Both the position numbers and the translations under genes were made by a program. Positions 36,913 to 48,555 of a stretch of DNA of 56,876 nt are shown here, in pieces. This stretch comes from Trueperaceae bacterium (GTDB lineage: Bacteria > Deinococcota > Deinococci > Deinococcales > Trueperaceae), in the NCBI GenBank assembly GCA_035703635.1, contig DASSXV010000076.1:1-56876 (forward strand), written 5' to 3'. Every line of letters starts with the position of its first letter. Positions within the stretch are counted from its first letter, which is position 1. Under the pieces are notes generated by a model, which ran no database searches, was not told the origin of the DNA, and saw nothing but the letters and a program-made list of their open reading frames with translations.

Positions 36913-38895
36913 ATGCGTCGTGTTCCGTTCTCTTTGGCTGCGCTCTTCGCAGCCGCCTCGCTCCTGCTCACACCGATGGCCAAAGCAGAGAGCCACGTCG
37001 AACTCATCCTCGACGCGTCAGGTTCCATGTTCAACAAGCTCGGTGACGGCCGCTACCGCATCGTCGCAGCCAAGGACGTCCTCACTCAACTCGTAGCCGC
37101 CCTGCCAGCGGACGGCGACCTCAACGTTGGACTGCGCGTCTACGGCTCAGAACTGCGCGCGGCAGACCCGGGCTCGTGCGAGGACAGTCGGCTACTAGTG
37201 CCCATCGCTGGCGTAGAACGTCAGGCGCTGCTAGACAACGTGCGCAACACGCAGGCGCGCGGCTCCACCCCGATCGCATACTCGCTGCAACAGGCGGCTG
37301 GTGACTTGGAGGGCCGCAGCGGCACGAAGGTCGTGGTGCTAATCACGGACGGACTCGAGGCCTGCGGCGGCGACGTGCGCGCGGCGGCGGGCGCGCTCAA
37401 GGCGGCCGGTGTCGACCTGCGCATCATCGGCTTCGACCTCGACCCGCGCTCCGCCGCGAGCTTCGACGGCCTCGGCACCTTCGTCAACGCCGCCAGCGCG
37501 GCCGAACTGCTAACGGCCCTCAACCGCGCCGTCGAGGCGGCAGCGCCGGTGAAGGAGGCCCCCACCTACCGGGTGACCGTCGCCCTCACGCGCGACGGGC
37601 AGCCGGTCACGGAAGGCGCCAGCGTAACGTTCGTCCCCTCTCTGGCAGACGCGGCGGACGGCGAGCGCTTCACGCCGCTCCAGAACGACCGCTTCGAGGC
37701 GCGCCTGCGGGCAGGCACCTACAGCGCTCACCTCGCCGACGCGTTCGCAGACGGCCCCGTGATCATCGCGGGCATCGTCGTCCTGCCAGAAGTCGAGAAC
37801 ACCTTCACCTTCGAGCTCGCGCCGCAACTGAGCGTCACCCTCACGCCCGCCACCCTCACGCCGGCGGCTGGCTCGACCCTCGCCGTTGCCTGGGAGGGGG
37901 CGCCAGCCGGCGGCGGTGACCTCGAGCTCGGACCAGATGGCGAGGACACCTACCTCATCGCCCTGCCCGCCGTTGGCGCCAAGAGCGAGGTAGACCTCCG
38001 CCTGCCACTAGTCACTGGTGCGCTCGAGTTGCGCTTCGTGATCGAAGGACCAGACGGCAGCAAGCTGGTCGTCGGCCGCGCAGTGCTCGACCTCAAGGAG
38101 GTGGCGGCAAGCCTGCAAGCGCCGGACGAGGCGACGGGCGGGAGCACCATCGCCATCACCTGGACTGGCCCAGACAACTTGAACGACTACATCACCGTGG
38201 TGGAGGCGGGCGCCCCGGAAGGCACCTGGCGGAACTACGAGGAAACGGCCACAGGCAACCCCTTGGAACTCACTCTCCCCGACACGCCCGGAGAGTACGA
38301 GCTGCGCTACCTAGACGGCTACCAGAACGGCACGTTGGCCAGCCGTCCGATCACGGTCGTCGAGGGCAGCGCCAGCATTCGAGCGCCTACCTCAGCGATG
38401 GCGGGCGCCACCGTCGAGGTTGAAGTGCTTGCCGCCACCGGCAACCCGGACGACTACCTCACCATCGTGGCCGCGGGCGCGGAAGAAGGCAGCTACCTCG
38501 ATTACGAGTTCGCGTCCGAACCAGGCACCTACTCGCTCCATGCGCCTGACGTTGCTGGCGAGTACGAGATCCGGTACATCACTGGCGGCGAGAATGTGAC
38601 CCTGGCGCGGCAGCCGCTTACCCTTACGGAGGCGGTCGCGAGCGTTCGCGCGCCCGCCGTCGTCGGGCCAGCCGAGTTCTTCGACGTTCACTGGGAGGGC
38701 CCTGACGGCGATGGTGATTACGTGACCATAGTGCCCGCCTCAACACCAGAAGGCGAGTGGGGTTACTCCCTCAACACGAGCGGAGGCAACCCCCTCACCC
38801 TAGAGTCGCCGGAGGAGCCAGGCGAGTACGAGGTGCGCTACGTGACAGGTTGGAGTGGCCTTACGTTGGCCACCTGGCCCCTCACCGTCCGCTAA
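36913..38895 (+). CDS. Secreted von Willebrand factor A domain protein with C-terminal beta-rich repeats
   Basis: Signal peptide ending AKA; MIDAS ILDASGSM, G.TPIA, LITDGLEACGGD; repeats ending P..PGEYE.RY. Confidence 0.88.
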   Translation: MRRVPFSLAALFAAASLLLTPMAKAESHVELILDASGSMFNKLGDGRYRIVAAKDVLTQLVAALPADGDLNVGLRVYGSELRAADPGSCEDSRLLVPIAGVERQALLDNVRNTQARGSTPIAYSLQQAAGDLEGRSGTKVVVLITDGLEACGGDVRAAAGALKAAGVDLRIIGFDLDPRSAASFDGLGTFVNAASAAELLTALNRAVEAAAPVKEAPTYRVTVALTRDGQPVTEGASVTFVPSLADAADGERFTPLQNDRFEARLRAGTYSAHLADAFADGPVIIAGIVVLPEVENTFTFELAPQLSVTLTPATLTPAAGSTLAVAWEGAPAGGGDLELGPDGEDTYLIALPAVGAKSEVDLRLPLVTGALELRFVIEGPDGSKLVVGRAVLDLKEVAASLQAPDEATGGSTIAITWTGPDNLNDYITVVEAGAPEGTWRNYEETATGNPLELTLPDTPGEYELRYLDGYQNGTLASRPITVVEGSASIRAPTSAMAGATVEVEVLAATGNPDDYLTIVAAGAEEGSYLDYEFASEPGTYSLHAPDVAGEYEIRYITGGENVTLARQPLTLTEAVASVRAPAVVGPAEFFDVHWEGPDGDGDYVTIVPASTPEGEWGYSLNTSGGNPLTLESPEEPGEYEVRYVTGWSGLTLATWPLTVR

Positions 38896-39007
38896 GCCTG
38901 GCGAGCACCCGGGCGGCGGCGTGGGGCCGCACGCTGCGGCCTTGGTATCGTGACGGAGCCGCACGCTGCCGCCTTGGCCCGGACGAGCGGCTCATGGAGG
39001 ACCGACA

Positions 39008-41083
39008 ATGCCTGACCTCACCGCCGCCACCGATAAGGCGCTCACCGAGCGCTCTGTTAACACCATCCGCGCCCTCACCATCGACGCCACCCAAGCGGCA
39101 GGCGACGGTCACCCCGGCATGCCGCTTGGCGCTGCCGGCATGGGTTACACGCTCTTCGCGAAGGCCATGCGTTACAACCCGCGCGACCCCAAGTGGCCGA
39201 ACCGCGACCGCTACGTGCAGTCGGCCGGCCACGGCTCCATGCTCCTCTACTCGCTCCTCCACCTGACGGGCTACGACTTGCCCATGGCGGAGCTGGAGCG
39301 CTACCGCCAATGGGGCTCGCGCACGCCAGGGCACCCGGAGTACGGCCACACGGCCGGCGTCGAAACGACGACCGGACCGTTGGGCCAAGGCATCAGCACC
39401 GCGGTGGGCATGGCGTTGGCCGAGGCGCACCTCGCCGCGCGCTACAACCGCCCCGGCTTCGAGGTCGTCGACCACTACACCTACGTCATCGCGTCGGACG
39501 GCGACCTCATGGAGGGCATCTCGGGCGAGGCCTCGTCGTTCGCCGGTCACCACGGCCTCGGCAAACTCATCGTGCTATACGACGATAACGGCATCTCGAT
39601 CGACGGTTCGACGAGCATCACTTTCACGGAGGACGTGCCCGCGCGCTACCGGGCTTACGGCTGGCACGTGCAGTCCGTGGCAGACGGCAACGACGTCGGC
39701 GCCATCACCCAGGCCATCGCTGCCGCGCGCAACGAGCCCCAGCGCCCAAGCCTCATAGCCGTGCGCACCGTCATCGGTTACGGCTCCCCCCACCTGGCTG
39801 GCACGCCGAAGGTGCACGGCACCGTGCTTGGCGCTGAGGAAGCCGCTGCCACCAAGGCCAACCTGGGCGTTGATTGGCCGGCGTTCACCGTGCCAGACGA
39901 CGTGCTAGCGCACATGCGCGCCGCACTAGACCGCGGCGCCAAGGACCAGGCCGCCTGGAACGCGCTCTTCGAGCGTTACCGCGCCGAACACCCCGACCTC
40001 GCGGCCGAGTTCGAACGCACGACCCGCGGCGAGTTGCCAGCCGACTTCGCGGCGGACCTGCCGACCTACCCTGTTGGCAAGAGCGGCGCCACGCGCAAGG
40101 CGTCCCACGACGCCATCAACGCCCTCGCCACCCGCCTGCCGGAACTGGTCGGCGGCTCTGCCGACCTCGCTGGCTCGAACTTCACGGACATCGCGGGTGA
40201 GAAGGCTATGCACCCAGGCGACTACTCAGGTCGCATCATCCACTTCGGCATCCGCGAACACAGCATGGCCGCCATCGGTAACGGCCTCTGCCTCCACGGC
40301 GGCGTACGCCCGTTCGTGGCCACCTTCCTGATCTTCTCCGACTACCTGAGGCCAGCGCTGCGCCTATCCGCCCTCATGGGTCAGGGCGTGGTGTTCGACT
40401 TCACGCATGACAGCATCGGCCTCGGTGGTGACGGGCCGACCCACCAGCCCATCGGTGAACTGATGGCCATGCGCCTCATGCCTGGACTCGACGTCATTCG
40501 GCCAGCAGACGGCAACGAGACGGTCCAGGCCTGGGCGCACGCCTTATCGTCGCGCACCCACCCGACCGCCTTGGCGTTGACGCGCCAGAACGTCCCCAAC
40601 CTGAACGTGCCTGCTGGCGCGGTGGCGCGCGGCGCTTACGTGCTAGCCGAAGCTGGCGTGACTGGCGGGCTCGCCGAGGGCGGCGCGGGCGCCACTACGG
40701 AACAACCGGACGGCACCGTCCACCCCGACCTCATCCTCATCGGCACCGGGTCCGAGGTGCAGCTCTGCCTCGCCGCCCGCGACGTCCTCGAAGCCGAAGG
40801 GGTCCGCACGCGCGTGGTCAGCATGCCGAGCTTCGAACTGTTCGACCGGCAGCCAGCCGAGTACCGCGCGGCAGTCCTGCCAAGCAGCACGCGGGCGCGC
40901 GTGACGGTCGAGGCTGGCGCCACGCTGGGTTGGGAGCGCTACGCTGGCGATCTCGGCGAGATCGTCGGTGTTGACCGCTTCGGGGCGTCTGCCCCCGGTG
41001 ACGTCGTCATGCGCGAGTACGGTTTCACCGCAGAGAACGTGGTGGCGGCCGCCCGGCGCACGCTTGCGCGTAGCCGCGGCTGA
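39008..41083 (+). CDS. tkt: Transketolase
   Basis: [68 protein letters not shown]. Confidence 0.97.
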   Translation: MPDLTAATDKALTERSVNTIRALTIDATQAAGDGHPGMPLGAAGMGYTLFAKAMRYNPRDPKWPNRDRYVQSAGHGSMLLYSLLHLTGYDLPMAELERYRQWGSRTPGHPEYGHTAGVETTTGPLGQGISTAVGMALAEAHLAARYNRPGFEVVDHYTYVIASDGDLMEGISGEASSFAGHHGLGKLIVLYDDNGISIDGSTSITFTEDVPARYRAYGWHVQSVADGNDVGAITQAIAAARNEPQRPSLIAVRTVIGYGSPHLAGTPKVHGTVLGAEEAAATKANLGVDWPAFTVPDDVLAHMRAALDRGAKDQAAWNALFERYRAEHPDLAAEFERTTRGELPADFAADLPTYPVGKSGATRKASHDAINALATRLPELVGGSADLAGSNFTDIAGEKAMHPGDYSGRIIHFGIREHSMAAIGNGLCLHGGVRPFVATFLIFSDYLRPALRLSALMGQGVVFDFTHDSIGLGGDGPTHQPIGELMAMRLMPGLDVIRPADGNETVQAWAHALSSRTHPTALALTRQNVPNLNVPAGAVARGAYVLAEAGVTGGLAEGGAGATTEQPDGTVHPDLILIGTGSEVQLCLAARDVLEAEGVRTRVVSMPSFELFDRQPAEYRAAVLPSSTRARVTVEAGATLGWERYAGDLGEIVGVDRFGASAPGDVVMREYGFTAENVVAAARRTLARSRG

Positions 41084-41341
41084 GGGCAGTTGGGCGCAAG
41101 TCGAGCGCGGCTAGGCTTTCGCCCACTCGAGCTTCACTCTTGCCTGATCCTTGACGCAACTTTCACGTGCAAGCCCTACACTGTAACCGTGGCCAGCTGC
41201 CCCTTGGCAGTATTGCGCCTTGCGGGCGTACGCACGTCGCTCGGCACCGTCGTTCTAGCTGCGAACGCTGCCACAGAACACACGCCTTTACTGGCCCGAC
41301 CCATTAGCCTTGTGCTCTGCACACTACTCTTTGGAGGTCTG

Positions 41342-43090
41342 ATGAACCGCACGACCAACTCGATACGCAATCGCCCCGCCGGGCCGTTCGGCCGACTAGC
41401 GCTCGCGCTAGTGGCTGCTGCCTTACTCTCCCTCGCCGCGGCTCAATCACTCGCCACCCTGCTCCCGTCAGAAACGCTCCTGGCGGTCGGCGTCCAAGAC
41501 TTGAACAAGCACGCGGCCAAGATCCAACCGTTCATCGACGAGTGGCAGCGCCTCGACCTGACCAACCTCCTCGAGCAGTCGAGCGGCGAGGACGTTGACA
41601 CCGCCATGCCAGCGGAACTCCAGGGCCTCACCATCTTCGACGTCCTCGGCGACGAGCTGTGGGTAAGCGCTTCCGCGTCGAGCTACAGCCCCCTCCCAGC
41701 CATGACCATCGTCGCGCGCGTGTCGGACAAGGCCGTTGCCGTCATGGAAAGCGCCATCGCTAGCGAGGAGCCAGACGCTGAAGTGCAGACCCTCAGCGAG
41801 GGCCGCATCGAGTTCAAGGTCTACACGAACCCAGACGACGAAACGCCTCTCGCGTTCGCGCAGGACGGCAACTTCGTCGCCATCTCCACCAACCCTGACG
41901 CCCTCCGCGGCGTGCTGCGCCGCTACCAGGGCGCTGCCGAACCGAACTTCACGGACTCGAAGGCATACGCCGCCACGCTGGCCAACATCTCGCCGGCCGT
42001 CGTCTCCTTCTTGATCGACCTGCCAGGCGTCGTCGACGTGGCCAAACCTTTCGGCCAGGGCATGGGCTTCGATCAGAGCATCGAGCGCGTCTCCAAGCTC
42101 TTCAAGACCGTCGGCGTCGTCTCTAGCGTGGTGCGGCTCACGTCCTCCGGCATCGAGACCCTGTCACTTCAGGCGCTAGGCGACCGCTCGCTCGACCCAG
42201 CCCTTTACGACCTTCTCACCAGCACGGCTGGCTACCCGACGACGGTCCTCGGCTTCGCGCCAGATGGCGCCCTGGGCGTGCAAGCGAACAACCTGAACCT
42301 GCCAGGCTGGTGGGCTTACCTAGACAAGCTCGTAGCCGAACTGCCAGAACTCGGTATCGGCGGACTAGATTCCTTCGTCACCGACAACCTCGGCATCGAC
42401 CTCAGCCAGATGCTCTTCAGTTGGATGGGCGCAGGCGCTGGCGCCATCACCATCAGCGCCCCAGCGGCCGCAGAACCTGGCGCCATGACTGGTGACCTCC
42501 TCGGCGACTCCGTCTACCTCCTCGCCGTCAAGGACGAGGCAGCTGCCCAGGCCGGGCTCTCTCAATTCCTCACGATGGCAACCATGATGGCGTCGTCATT
42601 CATCGATGCCGATGGTGAAGCCGGGCTCGTACAGCCGACCACGCGCACCTCGAAGGGGGTCAACGTCACCTCGTACACACTCGACGAGAACATGACCGTC
42701 GAGACGGCGTTCGCAGGTGGCTACCTACTCATCGCCACCACCCCAAGCGGCATGGACGCCGCCCTGGCCGCCAACTCCACCAGGCGCTCCGGCCTCGTCG
42801 GCGCCCTCGCACCACTGCAGCAGGGTGTTCCTGCGGGAGCGGCGAGCATGTCGCTGTCCAACGACCAGGCCAGCCTGCGCACCCTCGCGGACACCGTCCT
42901 CTCCCAGTTCGGCCTAGTGGCAGGAATGGCAGGCAGCGAGGACCTAGACTTCGCCGCTGTTGACCAGGCAGGCCAGGCGCTCACTGAGTACGTCAATTTC
43001 GTCGCAGACAAGTTCGGCGGCTCGTACTCCTACCAGGTCGTAGACGGCGGCGCGTTGCGCGGCTACGCCCTCTCGCAGGTCGCCTGGTAA
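41342..43090 (+). CDS. Exported hypothetical protein (possibly DUF3352-like)
   Basis: GGAGG SD before ATG 41342; signal peptide ending AAAQ; long ORF with coding-like codon bias. Confidence 0.75.
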   Translation: MNRTTNSIRNRPAGPFGRLALALVAAALLSLAAAQSLATLLPSETLLAVGVQDLNKHAAKIQPFIDEWQRLDLTNLLEQSSGEDVDTAMPAELQGLTIFDVLGDELWVSASASSYSPLPAMTIVARVSDKAVAVMESAIASEEPDAEVQTLSEGRIEFKVYTNPDDETPLAFAQDGNFVAISTNPDALRGVLRRYQGAAEPNFTDSKAYAATLANISPAVVSFLIDLPGVVDVAKPFGQGMGFDQSIERVSKLFKTVGVVSSVVRLTSSGIETLSLQALGDRSLDPALYDLLTSTAGYPTTVLGFAPDGALGVQANNLNLPGWWAYLDKLVAELPELGIGGLDSFVTDNLGIDLSQMLFSWMGAGAGAITISAPAAAEPGAMTGDLLGDSVYLLAVKDEAAAQAGLSQFLTMATMMASSFIDADGEAGLVQPTTRTSKGVNVTSYTLDENMTVETAFAGGYLLIATTPSGMDAALAANSTRRSGLVGALAPLQQGVPAGAASMSLSNDQASLRTLADTVLSQFGLVAGMAGSEDLDFAAVDQAGQALTEYVNFVADKFGGSYSYQVVDGGALRGYALSQVAW

Positions 43091-43102
43091 GGTTTTAACT
43101 CC

Positions 43103-43768
43103 TCAAGCGTCCCCGGGTGGCGCACCGACTGGAGAGCGAGCGACCAGCTCGTCCCAGAGGTGCGCCACCTGCGTTTCAAGGTTCGCCTCGGCTCCCCCGT
43201 TGTCGATGACGAAGTCGGCTAACGCCACCTTGTCGTCGAGCGGCATCTGCGCCGCGTCGCGGGCGGCGGCGTCCTCGCGGCTCAAACCAGACCGCCGCGC
43301 CAAGCGGGCCGCGCGCACGTCGAACGGCGCATACACCACCACGACAACGTCAACGTCGGCATCCAAGCCCACCTCGTAAAGGAGGGGAACGTCGTGCACC
43401 ACCACGGCAGGCGGCGGGCGCCTCGAGGCCGCGGCGGCCTCCAACTGCAAGCGGCGGCGCGCCACCCACGGGTGAACGATGCCGTTGAGCAGCTCCCGAG
43501 CCTCCGGATCGTTGAACACGCGCTCCGCCGTAGCGGCACGGTCAAGGACCCCAGCGACAACCAAGTCAGGGCCGAGCGCCGCCGCGACCTCCTTCAATAC
43601 TCCTGGGTCGGAGGTAGCTTGCCGCGCCAACGCGTCGGCATCGATGACGACGGCGCCGCGCTCGGCCAGCAGCCGCGCGACCGTCGACTTGCCTGAGCCG
43701 ATGTTGCCGGTAAGGCCAACACTCAACGGCCGCGTCGCTCCGACTACAGTAGGGAGCGAGGAGGGCAC
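43103..43768 (-). CDS. coaE: Dephospho-CoA kinase
   Basis: [21 protein letters not shown]..., IVHP.V, DVPLLYE, ADFVIDN; start uncertain (GTG 43768 or later). Confidence 0.93.
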   Translation of the reverse strand: MPSSLPTVVGATRPLSVGLTGNIGSGKSTVARLLAERGAVVIDADALARQATSDPGVLKEVAAALGPDLVVAGVLDRAATAERVFNDPEARELLNGIVHPWVARRRLQLEAAAASRRPPPAVVVHDVPLLYEVGLDADVDVVVVVYAPFDVRAARLARRSGLSREDAAARDAAQMPLDDKVALADFVIDNGGAEANLETQVAHLWDELVARSPVGAPPGDA

Positions 43769-43772
43769 AGAC

Positions 43773-45110
43773 TTGCGCGTACCGCGATCACTAGACACGA
43801 GCCAGTTTATGCCGTGGCCGGCAGGTGCCGTCCTAGTGGGCGGCGCGGTGCGCGACGCGCTGCTCGGCCGCGGCGCCACCGACCTCGATTGGCTGGTCGA
43901 GGACCCAGAACTCAGCGCCAAGCAGCACGCCGAAGCTCTGCAAGGTTCGCCCTTCCTCATGGACCCCGTTCGCCGCCACTGGCGCGTCGTACTCGCAGGC
44001 GGCGTCACGCACGACTTCGTGCCGCTGCGCGCGGGCGCCAGCAACATAGAGGAGGACATGTGGCTCCGCGACCTCACCGTCAACGCCATTGCCCTCCCAC
44101 AGGATGGCGCGGTGTTCGACCCAACGGGTGGCCTTGAGGACCTGCAGCGTCAACGCGTGCGCATGACTTCCCGTGACAGCCTGCGCGCCGACGCCGTCCG
44201 TCCCCTGCGCGCCGTGCGCTTCGCGGCCACGCTAGCGTTCGAACTTGACGAGGAAACCAAGGAGGCGGTCGTCGCGCAGTTCGAAGCGCAGCGCACCGGC
44301 TCAGCGCCGCTACCAGCTTGGGAGCGCGTCAGCGCCGAACTGCAAGCGCTGCTCGCCGCACGCAGCGCGGCGCGAGGCTTTACGTTGCTCAAGGCGCTCG
44401 GCGGTCTCGCGCTCTACCTTCCCGAACTCGAGCTGGGGCGCGGGGTCAAGCAGGGGGCGCTCCACCACCTCGACGTGCTCGACCACCAGCTAGAGTCCCT
44501 CAACCAGTTGCTCAACGGCTTCCCTGACGCCGGGCCGGCGCTGCGCTGGGCGACGCTGATGCACGACGTCGGTAAGCCAGCCAGCGTCGGCCGCACGCCG
44601 CTCGGCAGCCCAACGTTCTACGGTCACGACAAGACGGGCGCCGAGATGACGCGTGAGGCCCTCAGGCGCCTACGTCTGCCGAACGAGGTCGTTGACCACG
44701 CCAGCGCACTCGTGCGGTACCACATGCTGCCGTTGCCCCGCGAGGAGCGCGCCGTTAGGCGCTTCGTGCACCGCCGCAAGGCGCTGTTACCTGACCTACT
44801 CAAACTGATGCTTGCCGACCGCGAGGCGGCGAGAGGCCGCGCTGCGAGCGTTGCAGGGCGGCAGGCTTACCGCATCTCCGTGTCTGGCGTGTTGGCCGAG
44901 ATGGAGGAGCAACCGCCGGTCGTGCCGCTACTGAACGGCGACGACGTCATGCAGCTCCTCGACCTAGATCCGGGGCCGAACATCGGCGAGGCGCTGGCGG
45001 TGGTGGCAGAGGCCCAGGCCGTTGGCGACGTCAAGAACCGTGAGGAAGCAGCCGCGTTACTGCACCGTTACGCCGCCGCGCAGGGCTGGCAACTCGCCCA
45101 GCGCTCTTGA
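43773..45110 (+). CDS. CCA-adding enzyme / poly(A) polymerase family protein with HD domain
   Basis: [12 protein letters not shown]....[55 protein letters not shown] before TTG 43773. Confidence 0.88.
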   Translation: MRVPRSLDTSQFMPWPAGAVLVGGAVRDALLGRGATDLDWLVEDPELSAKQHAEALQGSPFLMDPVRRHWRVVLAGGVTHDFVPLRAGASNIEEDMWLRDLTVNAIALPQDGAVFDPTGGLEDLQRQRVRMTSRDSLRADAVRPLRAVRFAATLAFELDEETKEAVVAQFEAQRTGSAPLPAWERVSAELQALLAARSAARGFTLLKALGGLALYLPELELGRGVKQGALHHLDVLDHQLESLNQLLNGFPDAGPALRWATLMHDVGKPASVGRTPLGSPTFYGHDKTGAEMTREALRRLRLPNEVVDHASALVRYHMLPLPREERAVRRFVHRRKALLPDLLKLMLADREAARGRAASVAGRQAYRISVSGVLAEMEEQPPVVPLLNGDDVMQLLDLDPGPNIGEALAVVAEAQAVGDVKNREEAAALLHRYAAAQGWQLAQRS

Positions 45111-45118
45111 CTTCAGTT

Positions 45119-45619
45119 TCAGACTTTCGTTGCGCGCCGTTGAGACTTAGCTGGGGTGGCCAACTGCTTCATGAGGTTAGCCATCTCGACAGCGGTAGCG
45201 GCGGCCTCGGCGCCCTTGTTGCCCGCCTTGCCGCCGGCCCGGTCAAGGGCCTGTTCCATGGTGTCGGTCGTGACGACGCCGAAGATGACGGGTACGCCCG
45301 AGCTTTCACTGGCGTGCGCCACGCCGCTAGCCACCATGTTGCAGACGTGATCGTAGTGGCTCGTCTCGCCTCGTACGACGGCGCCGAGCGCGATTACGGC
45401 GTCGAAGTTGCCTGAGGCGGCCAACTTGGCGGCGACCAGCGGGATCTCGACGGCCCCAGGCACCCAGGCGACGGCGGTGCCCTGCTCGGTGGCGCCGTGG
45501 CGCCGCAGCGCGTCCAGCGCGCCGTTAAGCAGGCGGCTGGTGACCAGTTCGTTGAAGCGGCTGACGACCACGCCTATGCGTAGGCCGCTGGCCGCGAGTG
45601 TGCCTTCGTAAAGGATCAT
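45119..45619 (-). CDS. ribH: 6,7-dimethyl-8-ribityllumazine synthase
   Basis: [46 protein letters not shown]. Confidence 0.96.
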   Translation of the reverse strand: MILYEGTLAASGLRIGVVVSRFNELVTSRLLNGALDALRRHGATEQGTAVAWVPGAVEIPLVAAKLAASGNFDAVIALGAVVRGETSHYDHVCNMVASGVAHASESSGVPVIFGVVTTDTMEQALDRAGGKAGNKGAEAAATAVEMANLMKQLATPAKSQRRATKV

Positions 45620-45647
45620 GTCTACCAGCTTAGCCGTGAAGGGCGAA

Positions 45648-46235
45648 TCATTGCAGTACTACGTCTAGCACGATGTCATCGACCGCAGGCACGACGGCGT
45701 AAGTGGCCTGCTCATCTGGGAAGCGCACGGTGAACACGTTCCAGCCGGGGTTGAGCTTCAGTTCGCTGCCGCCGCCCGTGATGGTGGCTGCCTTGTCGAC
45801 GTACAGCAGCGTGAAGAAGCCGACCGGCGCCTCCAGGCTAGCTATGCCGATGTAGAAGCGGTCGACCACGCGGTCGAAGAGCCCGTTGCCGTTCTGGTCC
45901 ACGTACATGTTGAAACGGGCGACTGCGACGTTGACGTCTTCTGGGCCAACGCGGTACTCGTTCTGCAGGCCAGGAAGGATGACGCTGCCTGAGCGGAACG
46001 GCCTGAGTTGGTCGGCTGGTATGGGGCCGGGTGTAACGCGGAAGGTACCACCGACAGGCGCAACTGACGCTACCTCGAGGCCCCAGACGTTGTCGTTGTC
46101 GACCACGTGGATGGCCACGCGGGTACCTTCCGCCAGCGGACCCTCGCTCTGCACGATGCCGCTCATTACCGCTCCCGACTGCGCCGAGGCCACCATGACC
46201 AGGGCAAGCAGGGCGGTGAGAACTAGTCGCTTCAT
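45648..46235 (-). CDS. Exported hypothetical protein
   Basis: [24 protein letters not shown] signal peptide; Y.D.NGNG..D and L.L.PGWN motifs. Confidence 0.75.
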   Translation of the reverse strand: MKRLVLTALLALVMVASAQSGAVMSGIVQSEGPLAEGTRVAIHVVDNDNVWGLEVASVAPVGGTFRVTPGPIPADQLRPFRSGSVILPGLQNEYRVGPEDVNVAVARFNMYVDQNGNGLFDRVVDRFYIGIASLEAPVGFFTLLYVDKAATITGGGSELKLNPGWNVFTVRFPDEQATYAVVPAVDDIVLDVVLQ

Positions 46236-46521
46236 TGCACACTCCAAGTGAGAACAAGAGTAGCACGGCACTTCTGCGCGGCCCGGAGCCTTCCGGCGAC
46301 TGTTCGCCAGCGGCCCTTAGTTTCCGGTCCGGCTAGTCCGGCTGTGCGCGCGTGCGGCTCCTCGCCGCTCCGCACCGTGAGTGACGCCCCCACGCCAGCC
46401 GTGGCAGTGGCCATCACGTCGAAACAGGTCATATCACATCTTCGGCGACGGCCGGTGCGCGCTGGGTGAGCGCCGAGGGACAGTAGTTCACCTGACCCTC
46501 ACACCTGAGCAAGCGCGGCGC

Positions 46522-47505
46522 CTAATGCCCGCCGTAACCGTCCGGGTGCGCGCGCTGCCACTCCCACGCCGTGCCAACGAGCACGTCGAGGTCGTCGAAG
46601 GCGGGCGTCCACCCGAGTTCGGTGCGGGCCTTCGTGCTGTCCGCCACGAGGACGGGCGGGTCGCCTGCGCGCCGGCCCACCGCGACTTCATCGATGGCCT
46701 CCCCCGTTACGCGCCTGCACGCCTCGATGACCTCGCGCACGGAATAACCCGTGCCGCTGCCGAGGTTGTAGTTCCGCGCTTCGCCAGGCTTCAGCGCCTC
46801 TAGCGCGAGGAGGTGAGCGTTCGCCAAGTCGCTGACGTGAACGTAATCGCGGATGGCCGTGCCGTCTGGCGTCGGGTAGTCGGTGCCGAACACCTGGATG
46901 GAGGGGCGCTTGCCAGCAGCTACCTGCAACACGAGGGGGATGAGGTGCGTTTCGGGTCGGTGGTCCTCGCCCAAGGTCGCCGTTGCGCCCGCGGCGTTGA
47001 AGTAGCGCAGGGAGGCCGACGCGAGGCCGGTCGTGCTGGCCAGCCAGCCGAGCGCCCGCTCGATCATGAGTTTCGACTCGCCGTAGACGCTCTCCGGGCG
47101 CAGTGCGGCCGTCTCGGGGATGGGCACGGCGTCCGGGGTGCCGTAGACGGCGGCCGTCGAAGAGAGCACGAAGCGCCCAACGCCGCGCCGCACGGCCGTG
47201 TCAAGCAGCGCGAAAGTGGCGGCCGTGTTGGCGAGGAAGTACTTCGTCGGTTTGGCCATGCTCTCGCCGACCAACGAGGCGGCAGCGAAGTGGATGATGG
47301 CCTCGACGCCGTGCTGTGCTATGGCGTAACCCACCATGTCCTCGTCGGCTACGCTGCCGTGCACGAACGGCACGCCGTCCGGTACGGAGTCGCGGTGACC
47401 GGTCGAGAGTTCGTCGAGGACCACCACCTGATGGCCCTTCGCTAGGAGCGTCGCGACCGTTACCGAACCGATGTAGCCGGCGCCGCCGGTGACAAGGACA
47501 TTCAT
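46522..47505 (-). CDS. galE: UDP-glucose 4-epimerase
   Basis: GGAGYIGS, HFAA..VGES, SSTAAVYG, YGESK, LRYFNAAGA, ETHLIP, DGTAIRDYVHV.DLA.AH. Confidence 0.96.
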   Translation of the reverse strand: MNVLVTGGAGYIGSVTVATLLAKGHQVVVLDELSTGHRDSVPDGVPFVHGSVADEDMVGYAIAQHGVEAIIHFAAASLVGESMAKPTKYFLANTAATFALLDTAVRRGVGRFVLSSTAAVYGTPDAVPIPETAALRPESVYGESKLMIERALGWLASTTGLASASLRYFNAAGATATLGEDHRPETHLIPLVLQVAAGKRPSIQVFGTDYPTPDGTAIRDYVHVSDLANAHLLALEALKPGEARNYNLGSGTGYSVREVIEACRRVTGEAIDEVAVGRRAGDPPVLVADSTKARTELGWTPAFDDLDVLVGTAWEWQRAHPDGYGGH

Positions 47506-47583
47506 GGCGCAGAGTCTAACTTCTCGCCCACCACGCCCCCGCGTGCGCGATACTGAGGAACCGAAGGCTGGAGGGCAGAACCC

Positions 47584-48540
47584 ATGAGCACCCAGGCAGG
47601 GGCGGCGCGCCCCACGACACTAGTAAACGACGCAGGCCTCATCTGGTTCGACGGTGAGTTGGTGCCAGAAGAGCAAGCCAAGGTGAGCGTCCTCACCCAC
47701 GCGTTGCATTACGGCACGAGCGTGTTCGAGGGCCTGCGGGCCTACGAAACGCCGCGCGGTGCGGCCGTTTTCCGCTTGCGCGAGCATGCGCGGCGGCTGC
47801 TGGACTCGGCCAAGATCCTAGGGATGCAGCCGAACCTCACCGTCGAGATGGTGGAGGCGGCCGTCGTCGACACACTGCGCGCCAACGGTAGGAAGCACGC
47901 CTACATCAGGCCGCTGATCTGGTACGGCGCCGAGACGCTCGGGGTCAACCCGCAACGCAACAGCCTGCACTTCATGGTCGCTACTCTGCCGTGGGGCAGC
48001 TACCTCGGCGAGGAAGTCATCCGCAAAGGCGCGCGCCTCATGACGAGCTCGTGGCGGCGCTCCGCTGGCGACATCCTTCCAACCAAGGCCAAGGCCGGCG
48101 GCAATTACGTGAACTCCGTGATGGCCAACCTCGAGGCCAAGGCCAACGGTTTCGACGAGGCGCTGCTGCTAGACAAGCAGGGTTTCGTGGCAGAGGGCTC
48201 GGGTGAGAACGTGTTCCTCGTGAACGGCGGCGTCCTGCAGCCCATAGCTCACTCCGTGAACCTGCGCGGCATCACGCGCGACAGCGTCGTGCACATCGCC
48301 GAGGCACTCGGTAAGCGCGTTGAGCCCATCATGGCGACCCGCGACGAGCTGTACACGGCAGACGAGGTCTTCTTGGTTGGCACGGCCGCCGAGTTGACTC
48401 CGGTTGCAAGCCTCGACCGCAGGCAGATCGGCAGCGGCGAGGCGGGGCCGGTGTCCCTCGAACTGCGGGCGCAATACCTGGAGGTAGTGCACGGCAGGGT
48501 GGCTCAGTTCGACCACTGGTTGACTTACGTCGACGGTTGA
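47584..48540 (+). CDS. ilvE: Branched-chain amino acid aminotransferase
   Basis: LTHALHYGTSVFEG.RAY, YIRP, AKAGGNYVNS, EGSGEN.F, L.GITR, GTAAE.TP. Confidence 0.95.
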   Translation: MSTQAGAARPTTLVNDAGLIWFDGELVPEEQAKVSVLTHALHYGTSVFEGLRAYETPRGAAVFRLREHARRLLDSAKILGMQPNLTVEMVEAAVVDTLRANGRKHAYIRPLIWYGAETLGVNPQRNSLHFMVATLPWGSYLGEEVIRKGARLMTSSWRRSAGDILPTKAKAGGNYVNSVMANLEAKANGFDEALLLDKQGFVAEGSGENVFLVNGGVLQPIAHSVNLRGITRDSVVHIAEALGKRVEPIMATRDELYTADEVFLVGTAAELTPVASLDRRQIGSGEAGPVSLELRAQYLEVVHGRVAQFDHWLTYVDG

Positions 48541-48555
48541 GCGGCTGAAGACCCC

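Noticed and set aside
41150-41183. TTGACG-N20-TACACT with an imperfect dyad as a second MerR-type promoter
   Set aside because: The spacer is 20 nt and the dyad is weak and unlike the TipA operator; not supportable
45620-45647. FMN riboswitch upstream of the orphan ribH
   Set aside because: Only ~28 nt of intergenic sequence; the gene appears leaderless (TAAGCT-N7-ATG)
46240-46520. ~280-bp intergenic region as a possible sRNA or small gene
   Set aside because: No convincing SD/ORF, terminator or extended stems found by eye
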